A stretch of DNA of 64,000 nucleotides. Source: Octopus vulgaris. Its lineage: Eukaryota. The stretch covers positions 67,084,001 to 67,148,000 of the forward strand of contig OX597818.1 of the NCBI GenBank assembly GCA_951406725.2, read 5' to 3'. A model generated the notes under the pieces. That model did not search any database, had not been told where the DNA came from, and saw nothing but the letters and a program-made list of their open reading frames with translations. The position numbers and the translations under genes were made by a program. Position 1 is the stretch's first letter. Each line of letters starts with the position of its first letter. Of this stretch, positions 27,587 through 41,139 are shown in pieces.

Positions 27587-27781
27587 TTACATTATATAAA
27601 AGGGCTTAGTAAAATAAATTACTTTGCCGCATACTGAACTCATTAGAAATAGCAGCTAAAAAACTTTTTTAAAGCTATTTCTAATACTTAAAGAAAATCT
27701 CTCTCATATATAGTGTTTGCTTAATTCAACTTACAAAAGTTTGGGGGTAAGGACATTAAAAAATCAAATGCTAAGGTTATT

Positions 27782-27833
27782 TGAGAACGTACGTTTCAAG
27801 ATTAGTCAAAACAACACTTCTATCATCAGCTCA
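27782..27833 (-). ncRNA. Type I hammerhead ribozyme motif, copy 1
   Basis: Minus strand UGAG-CUGAUGA-(stem II)-GAAACGUACGUU-CUCA. Confidence 0.65.
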
Positions 27834-28324
27834 GAAACTCCTTGGTTTGGATTTGGAAACACTGAAAGTAAGAACATACCCTTTCGAAGATCCGCTCGTA
27901 ACTAACAGTGCCAACAACCCAAATAAGCAAGCGAAGAATTTCTGTTCTCCCCTTTCCACCAGCGTGGGTTAAATTCATCAAACGCTATGCTTATTTCGGT
28001 AAAATCCGAAGCATTAATTAGAGGGAGATTAATTATAATTTCAACAATTGAGGGTAAAATTAATTAATTATTAATCAATTTCACCAAGTGTTCAGTATGC
28101 AAAGGGACCATTTAAGGCGAATTCAAATTATTACATTATATAAAAGGGCTTAGTAAAATAAATTACTTTGCCGCATACTGAACTCATTAGAAATAGCAGC
28201 TAAAAACTTTTTTAAAGCTATTTCTAATACTTAAAGAAAATCTCTCTCATATATAGTGTATGCTTAATTCAACTCACAAAAGTTTGGGGGTAAGGACATT
28301 AAAAAATCAAATGCTAAGGTTATT

Positions 28325-28376
28325 TGAGAACGAACGTTTCAAGATTAGTCAAAACAACACTTCTATCATCAGCTCA
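28325..28376 (-). ncRNA. Type I hammerhead ribozyme motif, copy 2 (stem III palindrome variant)
   Basis: Same motif with GAAACGUUCGUU. Confidence 0.6.
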
Positions 28377-28869
28377 GAAACTCCTTGGTTTGGATTTGGA
28401 AACACTGAAAGTAAGAACATACCCTTTCGAAGATCCGCTCGTAACTAACAGTGCCAACAAACCCAAATAAGCAAGCGAAGAATTTCTGTTCTCCCCTTTC
28501 CACCAGCGTGGGTTAAAATCATCAAACGCTATGCTTATTTCGGTAAAATCCGAAGCATTAATTAGAGGGAGATTAATTATAATTTCAACAATTGAGGGTA
28601 AAATTAATTAATTATTAATCAATTTCACCAAGTGTTCAGTATGCAAAGGGACCATTTAAGGCGAATTCAAATTATTACATTATATAAAAGGGCTTAGTAA
28701 AATAAATTACTTTGCCGCATACTGAACTCATTAGAAATAGCAGCTAAAAAACTTTTTTAAAGCTATTTCTAATACTTAAAGAAAATCTCTCTCATATATA
28801 GTGTTTGCTTAATTCAACTCACAAAAGTTTGGGGGTAAGGACATTAAAAACTCAAATGCTAAGGTTATT

Positions 28870-28921
28870 TGAGAACGTACGTTTCAAGATTAGTCAAAAC
28901 AACACTTCTATCATCAGCTCA
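28870..28921 (-). ncRNA. Type I hammerhead ribozyme motif, copy 3
   Basis: Same motif as copy 1. Confidence 0.65.
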
Positions 28922-29639
28922 GAAACTCCTTGGTTTGGATTTGGAAACACTGAAAGTAAGAACATACCCTTTCGAAGATCCGCTCGTAACTAACAGTGCC
29001 AACAAACCCAAATAAGCAAGCGAAGAATTTATGTTCTCCCCTTTCCACCAGCGTGGGTTAAAATCATCAAACGCTATGCTTATTTCGGTAAAATCCGAAG
29101 CATTAATTAGAGGGAGATTAATTATAATTTCAACAATTGAGGGTAAAATTAATTAATTATTAATCAATTTCACCAAGTGTTCAGTATGCAAAGTATGTTT
29201 GAATTAAGCAAACACTATATATGAGAGAGATTTTCTTTAAGTATTAGAAATAGTTTTAAAAAAGTTTTTTAGCTGCTATTTCTAATGAGTTCAGTATGCG
29301 GCAAAGTAATTTATTTTACTAAGCCCTTTTATATAATGTAATAATTTGAATTCGCCTTAAATGGTCCCTTTGCATACTGAACACTTGGTGAAATTGATTA
29401 ATAATTAATTAATTTTACCCTCAATTGTTGAAATTATAATTAATCTCCCTCTAATTAATGCTTCGGATTTTACCGAAATAAGCATAGCGTTTGATGATTT
29501 TAACCCACGCTGGTGGAAAGGGGAGAACAGAAATTCTTCGCTTGCTTATTTGGGTTTGTTGGCACTGTTAGTTACGAGCGGATCTTCGAAAGGGTATGTT
29601 CTTACTTTCAGTGTTTCCAAATCCAAACCAAGGAGTTTC

Positions 29640-29691
29640 TGAGCTGATGATAGAAGTGTTGTTTTGACTAATCTTGAAACGTACGTTCTCA
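29640..29691 (+). ncRNA. Type I hammerhead ribozyme motif, copy 4
   Basis: tgag CTGATGA (29644-50) tagaagtgttgttttgactaatctt GAAAC (29676-80) gtac GTT ctca; predicted cut after 29687. Confidence 0.65.
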
Positions 29692-30184
29692 AATAACCTT
29701 AGCATTTGAGTTTTTAATGTCCTTACCCCCAAACTTTTGTGAGTTGAATTAAGCAAACACTATATATGAGAGAGATTTTCTTTAAGTATTAGAAATAGTT
29801 TTAAAAACGTTTTTTAGCTGCTATTTCTAATGAGTTCAGTATGCGGCAAAGTAATTTATTTTACTAAGCCCTTTTATATAATGTAATAATTTGAATTCGC
29901 CTTAAATGGTCCCTTTGCATACTGAACACTTGGTGAAATTGATTAATAATTAATTAATTTTACCCACAATTGTTGAAATTATAATTAATCTCCCTCTAAT
30001 TAATGCTTCGGATTTTACCGAAATAAGCATAGCGTTTGATGATTTTAACCCACGCTGGTGGAAAGGGGAGAACAGAAATTCTTCGCTTGCTTATTTGGGT
30101 TTGTTGGCACTGTTAGTTACGAGCGGATCTTCGAAAGGGTATGTTCTTACTTTCAGTGTTTCCAAATCCAAACCAAGGAGTTTC

Positions 30185-30236
30185 TGAGCTGATGATAGAA
30201 GTGTTGTTTTGACTAATCTTGAAACGTACGTTCTCA
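30185..30236 (+). ncRNA. Type I hammerhead ribozyme motif, copy 5
   Basis: Identical motif 545 nt downstream of copy 4. Confidence 0.65.
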
Positions 30237-30520
30237 AATAACCTTAGCATTTGATTTTTTAATGTCCTTACCCCCAAACTTTTGTGAGTTGAATTAAGCA
30301 AACACTATATATGAGAGAGATTTTCTTTAAGTATTAGAAATAGCTTTAAAAAAGTTTTTTAGCTGCTATTTCTAATGAGTTCAGTATGCGGCAAAGTAAT
30401 TTATTTTACTAAGCCCTTTTATATAATGTAATAATTTGAATTCGCCTTAAATGGTCCCTTTCCATACTGAACACTTGGTGAAATTGATTAATAATTAATT
30501 AATTTTACCCTCAATTGTTG

Positions 30521-31185
<665 letters not shown>

Positions 31186-32493
31186 CACACACACAAACAC
31201 ACCCACTAACACACTCACACATATATATTATAAGTTTAACTTTGGAAACAGATGAAGAAATATTACATTAATAACATTTAAAATTTAATTTCAAAATATA
31301 CCCTATATATCACTACTCATATAGTTTCATAAAGGCAGAAAAGGCACGGTGGAAGGTATTTCTGTTGTTTGAGAATATTTTCATCGCTTAGGTCTGGATA
31401 TCAATTTAAGCTTATGAAATTTTGAGATAGAGACGCTGTTACATAATGGAGTACAAAGAGAACAGAGAAGATGGTTTATTTTGCCGCCATTTGACGTCAA
31501 TAATATAACTTCAACACAAGCAGCAATATGAAAGAGTTGTAGAAAAGTCTGTTGCTGCTGGCCTCTGCTTGCCATTTAGGTGAGAGCAGGAGTGTCTATC
31601 TGCAGACGTTCACTTTGATTCCATCAATGTGTATGCGGAGATGCGTATTTGTATGTCTGAATGTTTCCTTTAAAGAAAATGATGCGCTAAACCACGTAAA
31701 TGAAGTTTTCTTTTGAAGTGTAGAAGAATGCGTATGTTTTGAGATACTTCATAAAGAACAGGGTGAAGAAAATTTGTGTGATGATTGCTATAGTGCTAAA
31801 TTAGTTTCACACATCTCTTTCTGATTGATAATGCTGGGAACGGCAATAAGTAAGAGTTTCGTTTATAAGTGAAGCCTAATGGCGAAATAGGTGGGTATAC
31901 TAACATAGCATATGATTTCCTAAATAATGATATAATATAACAGAAATCGAAAATAAAATTCAGTTATCCTTAAACTAATGTGTGTAGCGTATGAAAAAAA
32001 GGGTGGGATGGGACATTTGATTCTAAATTCATTGTAAATACATCAGTTTCTCATTTATTCGTTTGCGTTCTTTATACTAATAATTAAAGTGGCCAACATC
32101 ATCATCATCATTGTTCGACCGTGGTCGAGACAATGGAATTTACCATGCTACCCCAGACAGTCGCGCATACGACAGAGATTGGAATAGTTTTCAATGTTAA
32201 CATTATGTGTAACCTAAACAAATTGATGGGCTTCTTTCAGTTTCTTCAACTGAACGAAAGACAATAGGAACGAATCGTACATTATTTCAGCTATTATCGG
32301 AGGGAAAATCGGTTATAAGCAAATTAACAACAAGAGTAAATTATCGAATAAGAAAGAAGACAACACAAAAGGTAAAGAACGGTGCAAGGCTGCTATTTTA
32401 TGAATTCGAGTTCAAGAAACATTATCGTTATGGAGAGAGATTCGAGTGATGTGGTGGTTGTATTGCTCGACTAAGTAATATTAACAGTTATGA

Positions 32494-32892
32494 GGTCGGC
32501 GAGCTGGCAGAAACATTAGCACGCCGGGCGAAATGCTTAGCAGTATTTACTCTGCCGTTATATTGTGAGTTCAAATTCTGCTGAGGCCGACTTTGCCTTT
32601 CATCCTTTCGGAGTCGATAAATTAAGTTCCAGTTACACACTGGGGTCGATACAATCGACATAATCCGTTTGTCTTTCCTTGTTTGTCCCCTATATGTTTA
32701 GCCCTTTGTGGATAGTAAAGAAATAGGTACTTCGTCTGTCTTTATGTTCTGATTTCAAACACAGCCGAGGTCGACTTTGCCTTTCATCCCTTTGGGGCCG
32801 ATAAATTAAGTACAAGTTGCGTGCTGTGGCCGACATGATCGACCGGTCCCTCCCACAAAATTTCGGGACTTGTACCTGGAGCAGAAAGTAAT
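32494..32892 (+). mobile_element. Dimeric family B SINE
   Basis: Head ggcgagctggcagaaacattagcacgccgggcgaaatgc; core gactttgcctttcatcc..gataaattaagt present twice (~32589, ~32773). Confidence 0.85.
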
Positions 32893-33046
32893 ATGAATAG
32901 TAGTGATATACAGAGCATAACCACGCGTTCAAATTATTTTAAAGACTATTGTAGGAAATATAAATTGAAACTTGTGTTTATCTAAACATCCCCACGAATT
33001 TATAAATACATGCATGCTTACATACATATATATATATATGGATATA

Positions 33047-33345
33047 AGGGCATGTGGAATAGTGGTTCAGGCGTGAGTTCAATTCCAGGTGACGCGTTAT
33101 GTCCTTGAGCAAGACACTTTATTTTCATGTTGCTCCAGATCACTCAGCTGGCAAAAGTGCGTAGTACCTGTATTTCAAAGGGCTAGTCTTGCCTCACTCT
33201 AAACCACGCCGAATCTCCCTGAGAACTGTGTTAGGGAAACACGTGTCCGTGGAGTGTTCAACCAATTGCACGTTAACATCAAGAGCAGGCTGGTCCGTTG
33301 ATCGTATCAGCTAGGACCCTAGTTTGGGTAACCGAGGAAGTGACC
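33047..33345 (+). mobile_element. Family C SINE
   Basis: gtgagttcaattccagg..gtccttgagcaagacacttt; body matches 13087-13411. Confidence 0.8.
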
Positions 33346-33356
33346 CCACATACACC

Positions 33357-33434
<78 letters not shown>

Positions 33435-33479
33435 TTTGCCGTGAACGTATATTCGTCTAAATTACGCCAAAATGAAATT

Positions 33480-33812
33480 AACACGGGCATCCCATTTTTA
33501 CAGATATATTTACTAAAATTACATTAAAATATTTTGAAATATTAAGGAGTAAGTTTGTAAAAAAATCTCCATTGACGCCAGCGACGACCTCCAGACGACT
33601 TTGGAATCTCCTGCAAATCTTCTGGACGGTCTCCTTCTTGAAGATGTTTAAGGTTATCGTAATCATTGCATTATAAGGAGAGAAAACATGATCTGGACAT
33701 ATCCGAATGTCTTCAGTGTTAAAATGTACTTCAGATTCCCAAATTATCGCCACGCGCTCCTGGTGAAGTGCTGCCTTTGTATTAAAATAAGAAGCGCACA
33801 CAGAAAGGTTCA
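33480..33812 (-). mobile_element. Tc1-like transposase C-terminal fragment
   Basis: KKETVQKICRRFQSRLEVVAGVNGDFF resembles Tc1-family C-termini. Confidence 0.55.
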
Positions 33813-33974
33813 AGTCTCATCGGTATAAAGTCACTTACACATTGGATCGTGTCTCTTCACACAAACACGCAGTTTTCTATTTCTGCAGAACCATATCTAC
33901 TCTTATGGCCCTTGACACTTAGAGTTGTCTGTATAAATGTTGCCTCAATAAAATCAAACATGATTTATATGTAC

Positions 33975-34243
33975 ACTCTTTTACTTGTTTTAATCATTTG
34001 ACTGTGGCCATGCTGGAACACCGCCTTTAGTCGAGCAAGTCGACCCCAGAACTTATTCTTTGCAAGCCTAGTACTTATTCTATCGCTCTCTTTTGCCGAA
34101 TTGCTAGGTTGCGGGGAGGTAAACACACCACCGTCGGTTGTAAAGCGATGCTGGGGGACAAACACAGACACACAAACATATACACACACACATACATACA
34201 TACATGCATACATGCATACATACATACATACATACATATATAA

Positions 34244-34288
<45 letters not shown>

Positions 34289-34478
34289 TATATGTGTGTG
34301 TGTGTGTGTGTGTCTGTGTGTACGATAGGATTCTTTCAGTTTCTGTCTACCAAATCCACCCACAAGGCTTTAATCGGCCCGAGGCGATAGTAGAAGGCAC
34401 TTGCCCAAGGTGCCATTAAGTCGGAATCAACCCGGAACCATGTGGTTGGTAAACAAGCTACTTACCACACAGCCACTC
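33975..34478 (-). mobile_element. Full family A SINE with internal microsatellite
   Basis: Minus head gagtggctgtgtggtaagtagcttg..ggttccgggttga; gcaccttgggcaagtg; 3' block ending aaacaagtaaaag. Confidence 0.85.
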
Positions 34479-34738
34479 TATTGCTTCTATTGCACATGAT
34501 TTGTCCAATATAATAGGCCACATTAGAATCATGCAGCTCCCACGTTGTTTCAGAACGTTGACATTTTGGAATGCCTTCCCCTCTTAATATATTTTCCATA
34601 GTATTAATATAGCAATGTTCAAAATCACTATAGAGTCTTCGAATCTTACACGTTTCGCCTGAAAAGACTGCAGATATTGTTTATTCCTCCTATCCACGCG
34701 ATTACGAAATGGATACACTTATACCTATATATATATGT

Positions 34739-34759
<21 letters not shown>

Positions 34760-34788
<29 letters not shown>

Positions 34789-35914
34789 TGAGAATGTGAG
34801 TGTGTGTGTCTGTCTGTCTGTCAGTCTGTCTGTTTGAATCCCTAAAACTTGAGAACTACACAACCAATTTCAATCAAATTTTACACATGCCTTACTTGGG
34901 TCCATGTAGTGTCATAGGCAAAACAAATTCTTGCCTAGGGCGAGCCTACAACAATATCATAACTTCTCCACTATTTCAGTATTACGTGTTAAAAGTGAAA
35001 CAAAAACATCTCTCTATGGTAATGTCAGACAATTTCACTTTAATACTGAAACTATTAAAGTCAAACTATTAAATAAGACATATTTGCCTCCACTGATTCA
35101 GTTGCAAAGTGTTGAATAAAGTTATTTGATTGCAGACCTCCTTTCAGTCTTTTTATTATCACTGTGTCACACATAGTCCATAAATGGTAACATTGATTTT
35201 AAGGCCTTCTCAGATGAGTGACTGGTTATTCAAAGACATTTATAGATTTTAAATTCATTCTTTCCAGTTACGTATCAGTATGGTGGTCATTTACAAACTC
35301 CAACTTTCATTTCTCCTTAGCCCTCACGTCAGACAGTTGTTAATGTTTATTTCAGTTGGGTCACGTCCTTCCAATTGCTATAGATTCGTAATGCATCTTA
35401 CGGCTGTGTCTATCACCTGGATGGTGAGGAATCCTACATTGGGAGTGGTAAGGGCCAGGGTAGGGTAACTGACTGCTTATTGTGATAATTCGTCTTTTGG
35501 TCTCCTTTAGCTTTGCTCTCTTTTACAAACCCAGTCAACATATATTTCCTATTTCAAAGAAATTCAAATAGCTATAAGACCCAAGTAAAAAAAGATTCTC
35601 AACAATTCAACTTCTCTGCCCACCCCCAACGGGGGCCTTAACTCTCACATCTTAGAGCTCTATGACCTTCGTTTTCCAGGAGCAAAATCTTTTTAACAGG
35701 TTCAATAAAACTGGAATTTTGGAATATGCGCATAAAAATCAGTAGTATGGGATATACGTGGCACGATTACAATTTTTTTGTGGGTGTGTATAGAGGGAAA
35801 TAACCCTCATCTGCAATTTTGCTTAAATTCGAAACATAGATATTCCAGTTCATTAGAGAAAAGTCTAATTCTTCAATTGTATGAAACACGGGCAACGCTG
35901 GGTATCTCTGTTAG
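34760..35914 (+). mobile_element. Non-autonomous Helitron-like element (~1.15 kb)
   Basis: 5' (ta)n-aaaactgagaatg..(gtct)n; 3' cacgggcaacgctgggtatctctg-TTAG|T, matching the 3' end at 11380-11407; 5' boundary hidden in (TA)n. Confidence 0.7.
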
Positions 35915-35947
<33 letters not shown>

Positions 35948-36979
35948 ATGTGTGTGTGTGTGTGTGTGTATTTACATACATACATACATGCATATTTATA
36001 TATATATATATAATGTAACCAGGCGATAAAAAATCTCTACAGACAGACGATAGAAAGGGGGGCAGGAGAAAAAACACTTAGAAGGGTTGAAGGGAGAAGG
36101 ACGGGCCATTCTTGGCCGTCTTTCTTCAGACAAGATACCAGTTGTCTTTACCGTTTCGGGCAGTTACACTCGAGACAGTTCGATCTGGTTCCCCCCCCCC
36201 CACAAAAAAAGTCCAAGCTAAGAGCATTAGATTTTTTGCAAGGAAACTAGCGAATGTGTCCGACAACAAGACCAAAATCGCAAAATATGGAACACAATTG
36301 CAAATGGAACATAGGAGATGGACATAAGTCTTGTTGGCGATCTTTGAGGTTTTTGCTAATCCTTCAAATTGCGTTTTTGCTCCATTTTATAATATTTATA
36401 TATATACATATAGTGGCGTACATTCACTTTTTTACTCACTTCTCTCTCCCCCCCTCTCTCTCTATATATAAATATAGATAAACATATATATATGTATATT
36501 CATCTGTATGTATACATATATGTGTGTATCCCCTTCTCTCTCTATATATATATATATATAAATACATAAACGCATATGTGTGTGTCTGAGTGGTTTTCTG
36601 CACGCATGTGTGTATTGGCATATATGTATTCATGTGTATATGCTTCCCATTTATGTTTCTTGTTAATACACAGCGTTTAAATTAAGATACTTTAATCTCA
36701 AGTGATACAAGAAGTGATTTGAAAATGTAAAGAAATTATGATGCTTCAAAGATCAATGTTCTGGTTTTAAATGATTTTATTGCAACGAAATCATATCACA
36801 TGTTCACTGGAATATGGGATAAACTTCAGTTCATATCTTAATTCGATGTAAGTTAATGAAAATTTACATTTGCTTCGTGCAAATGTTTTTACTGATTTAA
36901 TTATGTATTGAGTTTTCATTTCCCGATTTTTTCTTGTTGCAAAATATTATCCTTCTTTCGTCATCAATAATCTTCTCCT

Positions 36980-37015
<36 letters not shown>

Positions 37016-37017
37016 CG

Positions 37018-37108
<91 letters not shown>

Positions 37109-39093
37109 CTTTACAAAGAGTAATCGCAATAATTGCTATAGATCTATGAATTGCCTTTCTTTTCGGTAATTGCACTCAGCTGGATTTAATAAAATTGCTG
37201 TTTTAACTTCATGAATTCTGGTGAAGTTAAAATGTGAAACGAATTCCTATGCCTGCTTCCGCGCTTCTGTGTGTGTGTCCCTCTTTCTCTCATGCTACTG
37301 GTGTAAGGGAGGAGAGAAATGGAAGATAGAAAGAACTGGGATATAGAGAATGTGTTTGCTCTCAAGTGCTCATTCTTAGATAGAATGTAGATAAGAGAAA
37401 TTGTCATATTACCATGAGTGACAGAGGAATGAAATAATAAAACAGTAGCTAGCGTGTGAAAGACGTCAGCAGATTAAATAGTTAAATACCGGACTGGGGT
37501 AGGTGGAAGATAAACAGAATGAGTAGTTGCAACATTACGAGGCAAGAGGTGAAAAGTGTAAGTATAAAAGGAAGACGTGTGACGGAAACCTATAAACGAG
37601 AAAATGCAGAAGAAAGTTATGCACATATTCCAATATAAATGTGAAAGGATGTTTTCTAAATTGATATGGTTTATATAGCTCATAGATAGGGAAATAATTC
37701 TCCATGTTCATGAAAAACGCTTGGTTTTAGCAGTCAACCACCAAGTGTACCCGGCAGTCTGCCGAGAATAGGATGAAAGACGAATCAATGAGGGACAGAG
37801 GAAAATATCAAGCAGTTAAATTTCATAATATTATACACTAACTGAATTAGAGAGGTAGCCCGATAAAAGAATGTCGGCCTTTTTATCTCCCTCACTCCTA
37901 AATTCGTAATTGGCTTCATGCATGCCATATGCTTTCTAATTTTTGTTTTCTCTCTGTCTCTCTCTCTCTCAGTCAGTTCTTCTTCCTTCCAGGACCCATT
38001 TTACGCACAACCTCAACAACTTTATGACTTGTTTTGAAGATCTACAAAACACATGGCAAACTGATAAACGATATTGTGTTTTTACTATGCAACCCCCGAA
38101 AAGATGTACTTCGCCCAGCAAACTAACCATCATGCATTTGTGTAAATGTTCTTAAACTGACTCCATTCCCTCCTTATGCTTTATCCATCGATTCAGAACT
38201 TTAAAGTTCTTCCACCTCGTTCCACAGATGTTCTATAGCAGAAGACCATTTTTATATAACCGCACTGTACACACTGCCCATTAAATACTGTTGCTCGGGA
38301 GGATAAGTTTCAGGTTGAAAGATGACAGAATCACAAACGACACTGCCTTGATAATACACCTGTTCAAACACGCATTACCTGCCTGAACACTGAACTCATT
38401 ATGGAGCAGTACAATTAGCAACTTTAGTTTTTCTTCCTAAGTTTGCAACATCTTTTTCACGAGAGTAATTTACATTAATTAGTGTTTTCCTCTCTTCAAC
38501 TGCACATCTCTGGCCTCATGGCTCCGGCGTTCGTTTTTCTCCACATTGCTGTATGTATTGTCTCAGACTTCGTATTTCCTCGCTCATCAATTCGTAGATT
38601 CTGCTCTCCTATCTTCACTCTCAAATATCTGATGTCTCCCATATTCTCTATCTTCCTTCATGACTCTATTAACCCCAACATTGTACATTCATTTCATATA
38701 TTTCGTGTCGCCGCCCCCTGATCTTCATTCTCATATAATTATTAATTCAGCTTTCGTTGCCCCTCCCCTGTTTCGCTGCCCTATTATTCCATCCGTTGTC
38801 TATCCCCCCTCTTAATTCCATTGGTCAATCATCGCCTCTTCCCCACACTCATTTCACTATTATTTTTTATTGTCCTTCTTCCTATTTTCTTCGCGTCATC
38901 TCACCTACACCGCCTTCTTTCTAATCTTTCTGTTCTGAACCATGTTTGGCTTTGATAAATGTCTTGATAAAATTCGCTACAAATATATCCCAAATATGCC
39001 TAAAAAATAACTTTTTCGTTTGATGTTATAATTAAAATTTAAAAGGGTAATTAATCATTATATTATCCGTACGAATTTTATATATATAAATGT

Positions 39094-39154
<61 letters not shown>

Positions 39155-40924
39155 TATATTTAATGATTCAACTTGAAAGGAAATACTCCAGCATTAGCAA
39201 CTTTGGAAATTGCTGTTGTTATACATACATTCATACGTATATACTTATTCACGTGCATACACACATATGTTAGGAACATGTATAAAATTAATTGGAAACA
39301 AAGAGAATATAATGATCAATCAAATATTAAGATGTAATTAAATAAAGGAATATATAGATATTAAGTAATAAAACACATTTAATGAAGGACAATTTAGCTG
39401 GTCAGTTGGACTGCTAGAAATAGCTACGCGGTACGAACTCCATTATATTTAACGATTTATTCGATAATGGAAGCGTAAATATTTCGCTAATAGTTGGGAT
39501 ATCAATGGCTAACAAGGCTTCTACATGAGTTTCTAGAACTAAAGTTAAATAGCAGATAAAGAAAATAAGCGCTTACTTATTCTGCAATATAAATATCATT
39601 TGTATTGCAGAAGAGATGAATAAGCGAAATATATTCTATAGATGTGCAATGTCTATTTTATCAATGAACTAATAAAGAAATATATTTTCTTATAGTTTTA
39701 CATATATAATAGTGATATGTGAGTCAGGAATTAAACGTCTATCTACGGATCTGATATGATAATGTGGCAATATGAATGCAATACCACAAGTTGGAGTTGA
39801 ATATGAGAACGAATAACTATTAGAACTCCATGGCATCTAAGATTTTTCCCCGGATTTCTGTAATGACTCTAAGACTTTGGACCTTGCAGCAGAATGATAA
39901 TCGAAGAAAGTGACTAACAGACGGAAATGAAGGAAAACATACGTAATGTCAGATCCTACCCATGTAAATGGGGAAAAGTGAATCTGATGTATTGAGAAGA
40001 CAATTGTCCTTAACGTGCTTCTTCAAGCTCTTTATCTTTTTTCTTGTGTGTTACGTTTCCTACTCCTAATTCTCCTCCTCTTTCCTTATTTCCTAATTTT
40101 TGTTCTTTTCCTTTTTCTTTGATGTCGTCGGTGTCTTGGTTACTGCCGTCCGCTCCAGCTTCTCTTTCTTTCGTATCACAGCGACAACGATTGGGAGAAC
40201 ATTGTTGCCCACATCTCCCCACATATTAAATTATATGAGACAAAGTAGAATAAAGGGAAGCGAATGTTTCCCCTTTATAAGACATTGTAATGCTATATAC
40301 TGGTGGGATTTGCCTGCATTTCTGTAGCAGATTCACATCGTGTACAGATGTATATAATAATGATTGTTCAAATTGTCATAGGAATGAGCTGGTAATAATA
40401 TTATCGATGATGATAATAATAACGATAAGGACAATATCCTGCACTGACAGATCCTTTAAAACCAGAATACATTAGTTTATATAATCTAGCTAACGTCATA
40501 TTAGGATTATTGTTTAAAAAATTTCTATAACTAAAAGCTAAACTACTAAATTCCATGTTATTAGTAAATGCATATACCATTGTTTCGGTCAAGTTGTTTG
40601 AAACAGTAAATCTACTTTAATACAACTGACCTGGCGGTAGTAACATTAATGAATAAAATGCTACATTTCCTTTGGTTATGATAGCATGTGACGTCGTCCG
40701 ATTTCTGCTAAATTTTGTATTGCTATATTTGGTCTGCAAGTATTTCACCACATTCCCGTCTCTATTGCCTCATATCTCATATTGAATTTTCTCCAGTATG
40801 TCATAAAGTACCACATGATAATTAGGAACAAAACGTGTTTCACAGTACACCCTACATTCAATAGAAGGTAATATTTGATACTGTTCAATATATTGTATGT
40901 TAAATAGGATTATTAATATAGATT

Positions 40925-41120
40925 ACAATTTTTGGTAGAAAGTTAGCAAATTCGGGGAAATGGGTAATTCGATTACATCGGTCCCAGTGATCAGTTGGTA
41001 ATTAATTTGTTATTGACCTTGAAGTGAACCTCAGTGGAATTTGAACTCAGTACAAAAAGACAGACGAAATGTCGCTGAGCATGTTGCTCAGCCTGATAAA
41101 TATTCTGTCATCTCGCCGCA
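40925..41120 (-). mobile_element. Diverged family B SINE
   Basis: cctcagtggaatttgaactcag..gacagacgaaatgtcgctgagcat..tctcgccgc. Confidence 0.6.
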
Positions 41121-41139
41121 TATTTCATTCTTAATGTTA

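Larger units (their letters stand above)
27582..30528. mobile_element. Palindromic tandem array of a ~545-bp hammerhead-containing unit (retrozyme / non-autonomous PLE-like)
   Basis: Left arm 27582-29193: units start at 27582, 28126, 28670. 5-nt filler tatgt at 29194-29198. Right arm 29199-30528 is the reverse complement, ~2.4 units. (TA)n on both flanks; copies differ by only a few nucleotides. Confidence 0.85.

Noticed and set aside
27717-30301. Five copies of a 62-aa ORF (MLNSTHKSLGVRTLKNQ...) as a peptide gene cluster
   Set aside because: Four of five copies start at TTG, there is no recognisable motif, and the ORF is antisense to the hammerhead; it recurs only because the DNA unit is repeated
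27582-30528. CRISPR array or prokaryotic system
   Set aside because: Units are ~545 bp with no unique spacers, there are no cas-like ORFs, and the context is eukaryotic
36085-36165. Minus-strand GAAACGGTA...CTGAAGA as a type II hammerhead
   Set aside because: Stems I and II cannot be formed in the correct register
39570-39626. AT-rich hairpin as a pre-miRNA
   Set aside because: 3-nt loop and low complexity; plausible by chance
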